The notes under the pieces are model-generated. The model was not told the DNA's origin. It saw only the letters and a program-made list of their open reading frames with translations, and ran no database searches. A stretch of 64,000 nt of DNA from Mobula hypostoma (lineage: Eukaryota). Below are positions 22,999 through 36,439 of the stretch, piece after piece (position 1 is the stretch's first letter; every line of letters begins with the position of its first letter). The stretch is taken from contig NC_086109.1 in the NCBI RefSeq assembly GCF_963921235.1, forward strand, positions 16,432,001 through 16,496,000. The letters are read 5' to 3'. A program made the position numbers and the translations under genes.

Positions 22999-25900
22999 GA
23001 TAGTCCACTAACTCTTGCCCACGCTGCACCGTAATATGTGGATCCTGGATTAGTCACCTCAGTGATAGATGACCTTTAGAAGAACATCAAACTTGACTCT
23101 AGTGATCACACTAACATAGCTGATAGGCGTTTATGCCTTAGCAGAAGTACAGATGCTGAAGAAAAAAAAGGCAATGATCAAGAGAATTAAATGGAAGATA
23201 GAGGCAGCTCAGAAAAGAAGTAGCCAGCCTTGAAATTCCAGTGCACTTCAATGGCTGGCCGGTGAGATCCTCATGCATCAGCACGTTGTTGCAAGTTTCA
23301 GCTGCTTCTGAAAAACGTGGCCTCTGACACAACTAAAAGTTTATTTGTTGTCAAAATGTATGGCTGAGGTGCAGTGCTATCTCTGGGCAGGAGAGAGGGC
23401 TGACTGGCAGCTGAAGTCGTGGGTCTGGACTCATCATTGGCTAACTGCAGTGGTGGGGTGGATGTCAAGTAGGTGGAGTGTATGGAGAGCTGTTACTGGG
23501 TGCTTGCACTCTAAGGTTGGAATGAGAATGGGGTTCATGGCTTGAGCTTAGATGGGTCTGGGGAGAGAGGCATTAATACCATGCTGGGATGGGTGGGGGG
23601 GGGGCATAAAATCACAAGTAAGCTTGGAACATAACTTCACAGGCATCCCATTTCAGTGCTGCACTGTTAAGCGCTTGTCGTCCAAAGTCAAAGCCAAGTG
23701 TACTGCCATATGCACAAAACTCACTTGCACCAGTATCACTTGCACTTGGCATCAGCAGCATTCTTAAGAATAAACAAAAAATACATTAAACCTAAATTTT
23801 ACACAGATTATACAAGAAATAGCACAATTAGAGTGAGGTCTATTGTAGTGCAAAGTGACAGTCTTGCTAAACTGTGCCGGTTTGTTCAAGAACTGAATGG
23901 TTGAACAGCATAATATGGGACTCCAAGCAGCTGAAGGTCCTTCCGGATGGTAGCTGTGGATGACACAGCCTGGATGATGGGGATCTTTGATGATGGATTT
24001 TGACATCTTGAGGCAGTTCCTCCTTTTTATACTATTGATGGTGGGGAGCAATGTGCTCATGATTTATTAGGCTGAGTCCAATACATGAAACATATAAGTA
24101 CATGGAGTACTCAGCAGGTCAGGCAGCATCTGTGGAAAGAGAAACAGCCAATATTCGAGGTAGGAGATTCTTCATCAGAGCTGGGAATGGAGAGAGCAAG
24201 TTAGCAAAGAAGGAGGGGGAGGGATTGGCAGAACAAAGAAATTGGTGTTGGGTTATTATTGTCATATGTTCAGAGAAACAATGAAAAATGTGATTTTACA
24301 AGCTAACTATGGAGATAATTTCAAAACATAAATACATCGAGGCAATTACAAGGCAAAACCAATAACAAAATGTTGCAGAAAAAGTGTTTTTCCTCCCAGA
24401 GTCCAAAAGGTTGGAAGGTTAATTGGTCATTGTAAATTGTCCAATGATTAAGCTTGCATTACGTTGAAGGACAGCTGGGCAGGGTGGCTCGAAGAGCTGG
24501 AAGGACCAAATCTTCCTTGTATCTCAATGAAAACTAGTACAGTGCAGCTAGACACTGAAGTGATGAGGGTGATTTGTGAACAAAAGTGTTCATCTTTAAT
24601 ATACAAGATGTGCATTCAATGGTATTATAACTGTGGGATAGAAGCGTGGTGTTGCGTGCTTTCAAACTATTTGCATCTTCATCCCGACAGAAGAGGAAGA
24701 AGAGAGAATTTCTGGGGTGGGAGGGGTCTTTGATTATGCTGAGGGAAAATAGAATGTCTTTCATCAGGTGAGATCAAATTCATTAATATAGCAATTAGAG
24801 CACATTATGCTTGTTTATTGTTAGCAAGGCTATGGGACCAACCCAGTAGGCCAGACTATACTAAAAGAGAGGGAAAAAAGCAAATTGAGCTCAAATGATG
24901 ACAGAAGTGGCCACTTCTGAAACAGTCGGAAAGAAAGCGTGCGTTACCTAAAGTTGGAGAAATCGATACTGAGTCTGGAAAGCTCCCAAATGCCCAGACA
25001 AAAAGTGTTGTTCTTCACTGTGTTGGGCATCAGTGTAAAAGGAGAGATTGATACTGAGCCTTGGAGGGTGCCTGGTCAAATTCCTAGAGAGCCATGGAAA
25101 TGGTCACGCGTGGTCTCAGTCCAGGAAAGTTAACATAGCGCAAAAACAATGAGTGTTACACAATCTAGTTTCTAGGTCAATATTAAGGAGTAAGAACATA
25201 TAAAAGTGACATCCAAATTCAGATCCACATCATGTGTTAAGTTCCAAAGGATTTATGAAATAGACTGATGCCAATTCACATTAATATCTCCCTTAAGTAT
25301 CTTCTGTTAACTGAGGCTTGCCACAGCTCTGCTTACCAGATGGTGTCAGGTTTGCTTAATTTTTTTTTAGCATTTTGGCTTCAAATTAATTGTATAGAAA
25401 GCAAGCTTTGGAAACTATTTGTCATCTCATTAATCATTTCTTCTTGCCCGCAATGACAATGTACAGTACTTTTTAAAAAAAAAAGTTTTGCAGCAAGATA
25501 AATGCCATTCTGCATTGAGGTAGCTTGACGCGTAGTTACAATGTTCAAAAAGTCGAGATAATATTACAGGACAATGGAATAGCCACTCAATCCATCAGGG
25601 AAATGATGAGAGCAAACAGAAAAACAGACAATGATAGATTCTGCAAATTTATTAAAGGAAAAGGAGGGCAAAGGTAAACAGTGGTTGGAAGATCAATGAA
25701 TAATTGCAGACACTGGAAAACTGAAACGAAAACCGAAAATGCTGGAAAAGTTTGGAGGACCAAGTAGCATCCTCTCACGATATATATGAAAACTACAGCG
25801 AATTGTCAGGTCAGCCGAAGAGGTCATTGGCTGTAGTCTACTGTCACTGCAGGACTTAATTTTTTTTAAATTTAATGATACAGTGTGGAACAGACCCTCC

Positions 25901-27171
25901 TGTCCCAATAAGTCACACCCCTCAGCACGCATCTATTTAACTCTAACCTAATCACAAGACAATTTATAATAACCTACTAAGTGGTACGTCTTTGGGCTGT
26001 GAGAGGAAAAACTGGAGCACCTGAAGGAGACCCACACCGTCACGGGGAGAGCTTACAAAGTCCTTACAGACGGTGCTAGAATTGAACTCCAACACTCGTG
26101 AGCTGCAATAGCATCGTGCTAACCGTAATGATACCGCTACACCCACTTATATGTGTCTAGGGGAAAGGAGCTTGCAGAAAAAATAATTGTGGACACTATC
26201 CACCCAGCAAAACTGTTTTTTTCCCAAAAGCTCCCGTCAGCAAAAGCGCTATAGGACTATTAAAATAAAAACTTCATGCCATCTTAAAAGTTTCTTCCCT
26301 CAGGCAGTTAATCTGAGAAACCATTCTAGTTAGCCTGTCACTGTACTGCACTGTAAACATTTTAAACCACTTTTTATAATGCTGTTTATATTGTAAATTC
26401 TGGTACTTATGCAAACTTCATTCCATATTCATACTTTAACCTCTAATTTATTTTTTTTTTATAATTCTTTATTCTTATAATTGTTGAATGTGTTTATTGC
26501 ACCAACATGCCTCAGCAAATTCATAATACACATAAATGACTATGATGAATAAAGTTGATCCTTGATCTGTCAAGACAGAAGGATTTAACATTTCAGTCTC
26601 TGGTCGCTTCATCAGAGCTGTGACTCAGTTTTGTTGAAGTGTCCTGGACAGGAAAAGGTTAATTGTTTCGCCTTCCACAGATGCTGCCTGCCTGCCGAGC
26701 TTTTCCAGCATTTTCTATTTTTATTTAAGTAAATGTTATTTGCTTGGAGGATGAGACTAGGAAGTTATTAATGGGAAATAAGGGAATTGCAGGGACTTTG
26801 CGCAAATCTTTTGTGTCTGACTTCACAATAGAAAACGTTAGCTGGTTCCTAATAATAGAACTAAAAGGAGTGGGGATGGAGTGGTAAAGTACTGAATGTA
26901 ACCAAGGAAAAGTAATGAGATTAAAGGCTGATAATTTCCCTTGATCTGGCGGCCTGTATGTTTGGTTATTAAAAGAAATGGCTGTAGCGTGAGATGCATT
27001 AGTTTGGATCCTCCAAAATCCCCTAGATTCTGGAAAGATCTTGTTTATTAGGAAACTTGTATTCAAGAAATCGGAAAGACAGAAATCAAGAAATTGAAGG
27101 CCAGTTAGCCTGACCTCTGTCACTGGGAAAATGCTGAAATCCATCGTTATGAAATAGGTAACACAAAACTA

Positions 27172-27435
27172 CTTCTTAAGCCCATCACCCCTACTGGGGC
27201 ATAGGCCGCCAACAGCAGCTCATCCAGAGTGCTCTGTCCTGGGCCAGTCTTTAAAGTTTTTCCATTTGCAGCCCATCCTGTTGCTTTACCCATCCTCTCC
27301 CAGGGATGAGGTCTTTGGAGCTTCTGTTGACATTTCTGCAGCACTGGGCTTTTATGGGATGGGGCTGCTAGTCCATGCCCAACCATCTTCCTTTCACAGC
27401 CAGGGTTGAGACCATCCACAGCGGAGTTGACGCGA
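27172..27435 (-). mobile_element. Short non-autonomous RTE-type element
   Basis: Minus strand ends ...QSTLDELLLAAYAPVGVMGL-like RTE 3' terminus with a gaag tail. It interrupts the CR1 fragment. Confidence 0.55.
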
Positions 27436-27476
27436 AGCTTAGAAAATCATAATCAAAACCAAGCAGAGTTAATATG

Positions 27477-27584
27477 GAAACATGAGGTCCTGACAAAGGG
27501 TCTCGGCCCGAAACGTTGACTGTACCTCTTCCTATAGATGCTGCCTGGCCTGCTGCCTTCACCAGCATTTTTTGTGTGTGTTGC
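27477..27584 (+). mobile_element. 108-bp Penelope-derived insert (hammerhead motif plus 3' terminus) with TSD
   Basis: 13-bp TSD CAGAGTTAATATG at 27464-27476 and 27585-27597. Motif reads ggtc-CTGACAA-agggtctcggccc-GAAA-cgtt-gact. Confidence 0.9.
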
Positions 27585-29247
27585 CAGAGTTAATATGTTT
27601 TTATGAAGTGGTGATGTACTTGACAAACTAGTTATTGGGGATATAACAAAACAGGGTGGTTAAAGCTGAACTTAGTAATTCCCCGAAACATCTGATAAAA
27701 TGCCAATAAAGTAACTACCCAATGTAACAGTTCATGTGGTTAGGGGTAATAAATTCGTATGGATAACAGTCAGGATAAATGGGTGCTTTTTTCATTGGTA
27801 AACTGTAATGTGTATGTTGCCATGGGAACTGATGCTGGAGCCTAATGACGCAGATGAAGGGATCACATGTACTGGAGCCAGTTTTGCTGATGGTACAGAG
27901 ATAAGTGAAAAAGCAAGTTTGTGAGCAGAGTAAGTTGCAAATGGGCATGGGAAGGTAAAGCAAATGGGGAAAATTTAGTAGATGGAGTTTCTTGTAGAAT
28001 GTAGAACATTGTTGAAATAGTGAGTCATGTATTGGAAAGTCAGTGGTTCAGAGGTGACCCCCGAGCGATCATTAAGTATATTTTTGATGCAACTTCCTTT
28101 TTCTTGGGGTCTATCGGGGAAGCAGTTATGTTTACCCATCTGTAATTTGCCCTTTGTTTCATAATCACCATCTATCATCTGAAGCTGCTCACTGCTTTGT
28201 CAACACAATTAACAGGGAAAAATACTGCAACAGCAGCCCCACTCTTCTGATCTTTGCTTTCTGCTTGACCAAGCTGTACTTATTGAATTTGCAATATGTG
28301 ATAGTGTTCTGTGCCCAGCTGATGTGCTAGCTATTGCAGACTTCCCCAGCATCTCCTGAAACAGTAAAGAAGTCTTAGTCATCAGGTTACCAAAATAAAA
28401 GGTGCTATTGAGGTCAGCGTTCTGAAAACACTTAGACCCCTCATCAAATTTTGTCCTTGGACATCAGTGGTAGAGCACTGAAAACCTATGCCAGCCATCT
28501 GGTGGGCTTGTTCAAGAACATCTTCAATCTCTCACAGATGCAGTAAGAGATTCCCACCAGCTTTAAAAGGGCGTCTATCATACCAGTGCCTGAGAAGAGC
28601 AGGGTGAGCGGCCCCAATGACTGTAGCCCAGTTGCACTCACATCTTCAGTGATGAAATGCTTTGAGAGGTTGGCCATGGACAGAATTAACTCCTACTTAA
28701 GCAAGGACATGGATCAGCTGCAGATGCAAGCTCACTGACCATGAGATTTCTAAACGCACAATGAACCAACTCATGAACACTATCTCACTAAGTTTTGCTC
28801 TCTATTTGCGAGACTTATTTAATTATGTATACTTCTTATTGTAATTTATCATTCTGTTTTTATGTATTATTGCTACAAAGCAACAAATTTCATGACATAT
28901 ATCAGTGATATTAAACTTGATTCTGATTCTGATTCTACAAGCATCTTGAACAGTGATGCCACCAGTAAAATATGGTCATTCATTTTGTGCCTATGAAGAA
29001 TAGTTGAGGCTGTCTTCTATACACAGATATATGGGTTAGTACAGATTCCTTAGTTTATGAAAGGATTTATAGAAGAGTTTTATGGACAGATGGATCTTTT
29101 CATGAGGGAGACCAAATCCAAACCACAAACACAAGATAAACCCAGTTGTGAATTCAGGTGTAGCTTCTTTCTCTAGACCTGAAGGCATGTTTTCAATTAA
29201 GGAAAAGCTCAAAGGTGCACCAGGCAAAAGCAGTGAAGGGTTATTTT

Positions 29248-30085
29248 ATTCATAGTCATACTTTATTGATCCCGGGGGAAATTGGTTTTCGTTACAGTTG
29301 CAGCATAAATAATAAATAGTAATAGAACCATAATAGTTAAATAGTAATATGTAAATTATGCCAGTAAATTATGCCAGTAAATTATGAAATAAGTCCAGGA
29401 CTGGCCTATTGGCTCAGGATGTCTGACCCTCCAAGGGAGGAGTTGTAAAGTTTCATGGCCACAGGCACGAATGACCTCCTATGACACTCTGTGCTGGGCA
29501 TCTCGGTGGAATGAGTTTCTGGCTGAATGTACTCCTGTGTCCACCCAGTACATTATGTAGTGGATGGGAGACATTGACCAAGATGGCATGCAACTTAGAC
29601 AGCATCCTCTTTTCAGACACCACCGTGAGAGAGTCCAGTTCCATCCCCACAACATCACTGGCCTTACAGATGAGTTTGTTGATTCTGTTGGTGTTACCCT
29701 CAGCCTGCTGCCCCCATCACACAACAGCAAACATGATAGCACTGGCCACCACAGACTCGTAGAACATCCTCAGCATCGTCCGGCAGATGTTAAAGGACCT
29801 CAGTCTCCTCAGGAAATAGGGACGGCTCTGCACCTTCTTGTAGACAGCCTTTGTTCTTTGACCAGTCCAGTTTATTGTCAATTCGTATCCCCAGGTATTT
29901 GTAATCCTCCACCATGTCCACACTGACCCCCTGGATGGAAACAGGGGTCACCGGTACCTTAGCTCTCCTCAGGTCTACCACCAGCTCCTTAGTCTTTTTC
30001 ACATTAAGCTGCAGATAATTCTGCTCACACCATTTGACAAGGTTTCCTACGGTAGCCCTGTACTCAGCCTCATCTCCCTTGCTGA
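29248..30085 (-). mobile_element. Rex1/Babar-clade LINE 3' fragment
   Basis: WCEQNYLQLNVKKTKELVVD, YKYLGIRIDNKLDWS and YFLRRLRSFNICRTMLRMFYESVVASAIMFAVV across frameshifted ORFs. AATAAA and a short repeat tail lie near 29250. Confidence 0.9.
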
Positions 30086-32991
30086 TAGTAAAGAGGGCTA
30101 ATGCCAGGCTTAGATGGATCAAAAATATTGATGCAAACCATTTGGTCCAAATGCTCCGTTTCAGTAGGTTTCCTGTAAATCACATGGTTTAGTACCACAT
30201 AATTTACAGAGAACCTAATAAAGTGCCCTAATGAAGGGTCTTGGCTCGAAATGTCGACTGTTTATTCCTCACCACAGGTGCTGCCTGACCTGCTGAGTTC
30301 CTCCAGCATTTTGTGTGTGTTGCTCCAGATTTCCAGCATCTACAGCATCTCTTGTGTTTGTGGTGTAATAATGTTTAAATTGTACTCTTCCAATCCAGCT
30401 GTCAGTGAGAGACTGCTGCTCTCTGAACTCCCATGATTTTCTGAACCAGATTTCTATCCAGGAGTTTTATACCTGGGACTCCATCCCATGTATCTATGGG
30501 AAAAGCTCTAATTTTGGCAAGACCAGTGACCCTATGTTCATACTCATGACCCACTCCCATCGTTAACAAGTTCTTCAATATTTTAAACTCTTTCCTCTCT
30601 TTTCATTTCATTCTACCTTTGCCTTGTCCAGAATCAGGTCTTTAAATCTCTAAATACTTAGAGTTAGCTATGCACTGGATCCCTTCTTGTAATGGCATTG
30701 CTTTGTACACTTCCATGAAACAAAGTTTGACAGTGCCTTGCAATGGAACATTAACTGAACATTGGTGTGCTGAATGGGAGAACTCTGTGGACCGTGTCTA
30801 ATTCATTGTCATATTCTGCTTGCAGTGGGCTACAGGCTTGATGGAGTTGGTTACTGGGGTAGTTTTGATTGACAGTTGGAGCCATATGGCTGCCTGTGGG
30901 AGGCTGAAGGTAACAATGGCTCCGCGAGACAGATGGACAGCTTTAAATCAGCAAGAGCAAAAAACTGATCAAAGACCTTTGACTTCCTGTTCCTGCCATG
31001 TCAGCAAGTGAACCCCTCTCCCGCCATTCTGTCTGGAAGGCAAAGAGCTGGGTATTGTTTTCCATCCCAAACTCTGCCTGAAACCAACTTAAAAGTTTTC
31101 CACTGTCAGCTCTGATTTCCAAGGGATAATTTCTGCAGACAGTGTGGCCAGTGGCCCCAGGCAGAAGCTCCCTCTGATTCTCTTGGTGTCTGCATGAATT
31201 CAGTCCAGAAGCCGTCACTGCATTTTAAAAAATTTTACTTCAAGATATAGCATGGTAGCCGGCCCTTCTGACTCAGTGAGCCCGCGCCGTGCAGTTACAC
31301 TCACTTGACCAATTAATCTACTACCCTGTATATCTTTGGAATGTGGGAGCAAAATTCAGAGCAGCCAGAGGAAACCTACATGGTCATGAGGAGAACATAC
31401 AAAGTCCTTAACAGACAGCGATGGGATTGAACCAGGTCTGCTGATGCTGTAAAGCATTACGATAACCGCTACATAACTGTGACGCCCCCATACGGGCTTA
31501 AGCCTACTGAGAAGGTGAAGCTATGAACTTTAACTCCAAGTAAAATTTATTATCAGTGTACATACATGTCACCACATAAAACCCTGGCATTCTTTTTTCT
31601 GCAGTCATAGTTGGCAAATCCATAGGACAGTAACTGTAAACAGGATAACTATAAGCATAGGAAATTGTAAACTGTAAATTAACCTGTGCAAATTTAGATA
31701 ATAAATACATAGCAATAAATAACAAGCATTAATAAACAAGATAAAAGAGTCCTTAAGTGAGTGTAGCTATCCCCTTTTGTTCCAGAACCTGATGATTGAG
31801 GGATAGTAACTGTTCTTGAATCTGCTGGTGCGAGTCCTGAGGCTTTTGTACCTTCTACCTGATGGCAGCAGTGAGAAAAGAGCATGGCCTGGGTGGGCAG
31901 AATCTTTGACGCTGGATGCTTCTTTTCTACGGCAATGTTTCCTTCGAGTTAATAAAGGGTAGATAAATAAATTAGAGATATATGCAGCTGGAGAGGGGAT
32001 GGGCATAGGGCCAGGGAAATAAACAGTGGCATAAATGAAGGGAAAGGGGAGGAAGGTGCCAAACATACAATGTGTGGTGAGATAGTGGCCAAGTGCCCCA
32101 TTAATTCAGAATTATTTATCACATGAGGGTTGAAACGAACAGTGAAATGCATCATTTGCATTAACAACCAACACACCCAAGGATGTGCTGGGGGCAGCCC
32201 ACAAGTGTCGCCACACATTCCTGTACCAACATAACATGCCCACAATGTTTAACAGAACAACACAATCAGCAACAACAGCAAAACAAGCTCCTTTCGCACC
32301 CTCCCTTCCCACCACACAGACACAGACAGGCTCCAACCCCAGGACAGGCAATGTTTTGGCAAGATGGTATGGGGGCACCCAGTTTTGGCACATACTCCCG
32401 TTCCCCTGGACGGCTGTGGAGCAGTCCCAGAAACACAGCTGGCAGGCAGACAGAACACCGTGCATCACGCATTACACATGAGAGTATGCTTCAGTGGTGT
32501 CTTGCACTCGCACAACATGTTGACAAATGTCCCTCATTAGAGTGTTGCCAAAGAAACTTCAGCAAAGAGCACATTTGCAGTGCAGCTCTAAGGAGCCCGA
32601 TAAAGGGGAACACGACTGGTGAAGGCGCAGGAGTTTGGGGGAAGAAATTCTGAAGTGTAGTGATTCAATAGCTGTGATGAAGCAATTAAAGTTCAAAGTA
32701 AATTTATTATCAAAGTACATTCTGTATATGGCACTATATACCACCCTGACTTAAAATAACTTATAAGCCAGTATTGAAGGAGCTCAAAGATCTGAGCAGG
32801 TTATTGCTTAAGTAGGTTTCAGAGATACAAAAAGGTAACAATTACTGGAAGGGATGGGGCTGCGGAAAGATATGAAAGCCATGTGAGAGTTTTAATAGGA
32901 TCATACAGTCATTAGAACATAGGTGGAGTGAAGGGTGTTATTCATGGGATTGAGAGAGAGATGTTGGGGGTGGGTGTTGAGAGGGATAATA

Positions 32992-34584
32992 CAGTGCCTA
33001 TAAAAAGTATTCACACCCCCCAGTGGAAGTTTTCATGTTTTATTGTTTTACAACATTGAATAACGGTGGATTTAATTTGGCTTTTTTTGAACAATGATCA
33101 ACAGAAAAAGACTCTTTCGTGTCAAGGTGAAAACAGATCTCTACAAAGTGATCTAAATTAATTACATATATAAAACATAAAATAATTGATTGCATAAATA
33201 TTCACCCATTTTAAATCAGTATTTAGTAGATGCACCTTTGGCAGCAATTACAGCCTTCAGTCTGTGTGGATTGGTCTCTTATACGCTTTGCACATCTGGA
33301 CACTGCAATTTGTCCCCATTCTTCTTTACAAAACTGCTCAAGCTCTGCCAGATTGCATGGGGATCATAAGTGAACAGCCCTTTTCAAGTCCAACTGCAAA
33401 TTCTGAATTGGATTAAGGTCTGGACTCTGATTTGCCCTCTACAAGACATTAATTTTGTTGTTTTTAAGCCATACCTGTGTAGCTTTGGCTTTCTGCTTGC
33501 GGTCATTGTCTTGCTGGAAAACAAATCAAATCGTAGTTCTCTTACAGACTGGACTTCCCTGTATTTTGCTGCACTCACAAGCTTTCCAAGGCCTGCTGCA
33601 GTGAAGCATCTCCACAGAATGATGCAGCCACCACCATGTTCCATGGTAGAGATGGTATGTTTTTGATGATGTGCAGTGTTACGCCAAATTTAGCATTTAA
33701 TCTGATGGCCAAAAACCTCAGTTTTGGTTTCATCAGACGATAGAACCTTCTTTCAGCTGACTTCAGAGTCTCCCACATGCCTTCTGGCAAACTCTAGCCG
33801 AGACTTCAGGTGAGTTTTTTTTTCAACACTGGCTTTCTCTTTGCCACTCTCCCAAAAAGCTGTGACTGGTGAAGCACTCGGTCAACAGTTGTATGTGCAG
33901 TCTCCCCCATTTCAGCCACTGAAGCTTGTAACACCTCGAGAGTTGTTATAGGTCTCTTGGTGGCCTCCCTCACTAGTCCCCTTCTTGCACGGTCACTCAG
34001 TTTTTGAGAGCAGCCTGCTCTGGACAGATTTACAGCTGTGCCATATTCTTTCCATTACTTGATGATTGACTTAACTGTGCTCCAAGGGATATTCAGTGAC
34101 TTAAGAATTTTTTTGTATTCATCTCCTGACTTGTGCTTTTCAATAACCTTTTCGCGGAGTTGCATGGAGTGTTCTTTTGTCTTCATGGTTTAGTTTTTGT
34201 CAGGATACTGACTCACCAGCAGCAGGACCTACCAGATACAGGTGTATTTTTACTACAATCAATTGAAACATCTTGACTGCACACAGGTCTCCAAAAATGA
34301 TCTCCATTTAACTAATTATGTGACTTCTAAGACCAATTAGCTGTACCAGTGATGATATGGTATGTTATATGAAAGGGTGTGAATAGTTAAGCAATCAATT
34401 ATTTTGCGTTTTATATTTGTAAGTTAACTTAGATCACTTTGTAGAGATCGGTTTTCACTTTGACATGAAGTAATCTTTTTCTGTTTATCAGTGTCAAAGA
34501 AATCCACTGTGATTCAATCTTGTAAAACAATAAGGCATGAAAACCTCCGGGGCGGGGGGTGAATACTTTTTTTTATAGGCACTG
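32992..34584 (-). mobile_element. Tc1-family DNA transposon with about 210-bp inverted repeats (IR/DR type)
   Basis: TA|CAGTGCCTATAAAAAGTATTCAC ... GTGAATACTTTTTTTTATAGGCACTG|TA. The long TIRs contain internal gtattcac direct repeats. Confidence 0.95.
33216..34186 (-). pseudogene. Tc1 transposase, frameshifted and with deletions
   Basis: Starts MKTKEHSMQLREKVIEKHKSGDEYKK, contains EHGGGCIILWRCF and ends AVIAAKGASTKY*. Confidence 0.9.
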
Positions 34585-35399
34585 TATCTGTTCTAAATAG
34601 ATGTCCTTGCATCCTGTGGCTGTGCCCTGTGGTCATAGACTCCCCCACTAGTGGAAACATCCTCTCAACGTTCACTTTGTCTGGGCCTTTCAATATTCAA
34701 TTGGTTTCAATGAGATCTCTGTCATTCTTCTAAACATTAGCGAGTACAGGCCTAGAGCAGTGAAAACAATCCACATATATTAATCTTTTAATTCCCATGT
34801 TCATTCTTGTAAATCTCCTTTGGACTATCTCCAAAATCAATGTTGCTGTTATTCTCTCCCCTTCGTGTACATTTCCTGACATCATGCTTAATTCCCACTT
34901 TAATCTCATCCTTCCTAATTTTGAACTCTGCCAGCAAGCATCCCCATAGCAAATTAATTTTGAATTGCCTAAATTAGATCACCATTAGCATTCTATTCTT
35001 GAGGGAATGGAATACCCCTCATTCTTAACCCTTTCAGTTTGAGCATCATTCCCTTGAATCTGCTTAACACTTTCTGCAAGGGCACTGAATTTGCCCAGAA
35101 TGAATACAGATTGGATCCAAGCAGAGCTTCCCACAGCTGCTGCAGAGCTTCCCACAGCTGCTTTCACAGTTTTGTGTTTCTGCCTCCTTGAGAGAAAGGG
35201 CAACATTACAGAAATATTTTAGAATATTATCTGTCTCAATCCAGGGATTTGATGGTTTTGTTACTTTCATTGATTGTGGCACGGAAAGGATTAACATGAT
35301 GTTGTATTTTCCTTCTTATTTTGGCTGCTTAGTTTTGAATGTTGAATCCAATTTCTGCAATGTTTCCTGATTAGGACAGGTCACCCTCAATCATTTTCA

Positions 35400-35540
35400 T
35401 TCTAATTCTCTCTCTGTCTCTCCTTTTCCCTCTATCTCTGTCTGTCTCTTTCTTTCTTTTTCTCTCTGTTTTTCTTTCTCTCTTTCTGCCTCTCTCTCTC
35501 TCTCTCTCCCACCGTGCTTCTTACTTCCTCTTCCTCTTTT
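35400..35540. repeat. CT-rich low-complexity microsatellite
   Basis: (CT)n/(CTTT)n run. Confidence 0.9.
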
Positions 35541-36439
35541 TCGAAACTGTGACACATGCATGCAATGTGGTGACGTCATCATGCATGTGAGATAGGCAGA
35601 TGCCAGAGATAGTTAGGATGCATTAAAGAATGTGTTAACACTCTGAATCTCCTGATGCCTCCAGAGTTTGCTATATCCATCATAGTAATCACAGCAACAG
35701 GAGGGGTTTACAGACCAACTCCGATCACATTCTTGTTGCCTATCCCCTGTTTTTACCACTCATCTACATTCTTGGGGCAACTTAGTGGCAATTAACTCAC
35801 CTTTGGGGTGTGGTACGAAGCTGGGGCCCCTGAGAAAACCCATTGGGCGAATCTGCAAACACAGACAGCACCTGAGGTGAGGTTTAAACTGTGGTCTCTG
35901 GAACTGTGCGGCGGCAGCTCTACTGTCTACACTATTATACTCCACAGATGAGCCTGTGAATCTTTAACAAGCATGGAAATGTTCTTTGGAGCTGTAACTG
36001 CTCACGATGTAGAAGAACCTTTCGAAACGCATATGCAGTGAATACCAGTATCAGAAAGGGTAAGAGTGTGACTTTGACATTGGGTCGAGGATCTGTCATA
36101 TGCTGACAAATCCAGTAGTTCCACAGAAAGTGAAAATATGCTGTTCACTGATTAGTGAAGAAATTAGAGGAATGTTTCCATCTGCGGCCTTTGGAAAGAG
36201 CATAAAGTTGCAATATTTATGGTAGGAACCAAGAAACATACCAATGACTTTTGTGACGAAAAATGTATCTGGACTTGCAAATTTGGTGGTTTCTTAAACC
36301 TTCCACTACAGAGCAGGTTATGTGTGACTTAAGGCAAACATATTTAGTCCAAGTTGTTAAGCGAATGGAATTTTACTGAGTGTTATTATTGATAGACCTG
36401 ATCACTGAGCCTCAATATCTTCCAACTGGTGATGAGAAA

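Larger units (their letters stand above)
26725..28010 (+). mobile_element. Degenerate CR1 ORF2 fragment hosting two later insertions
   Basis: aggccagttagcctgacctctgtcactgggaaaatgctgaaatcc (RPVSLTSVTGKMLKS) and other CR1 remnants. Confidence 0.7.

Noticed and set aside
35121..35162. 21-bp perfect tandem duplication GCAGAGCTTCCCACAGCTGCT
   Set aside because: A simple two-copy slippage duplication with no evidence of function.
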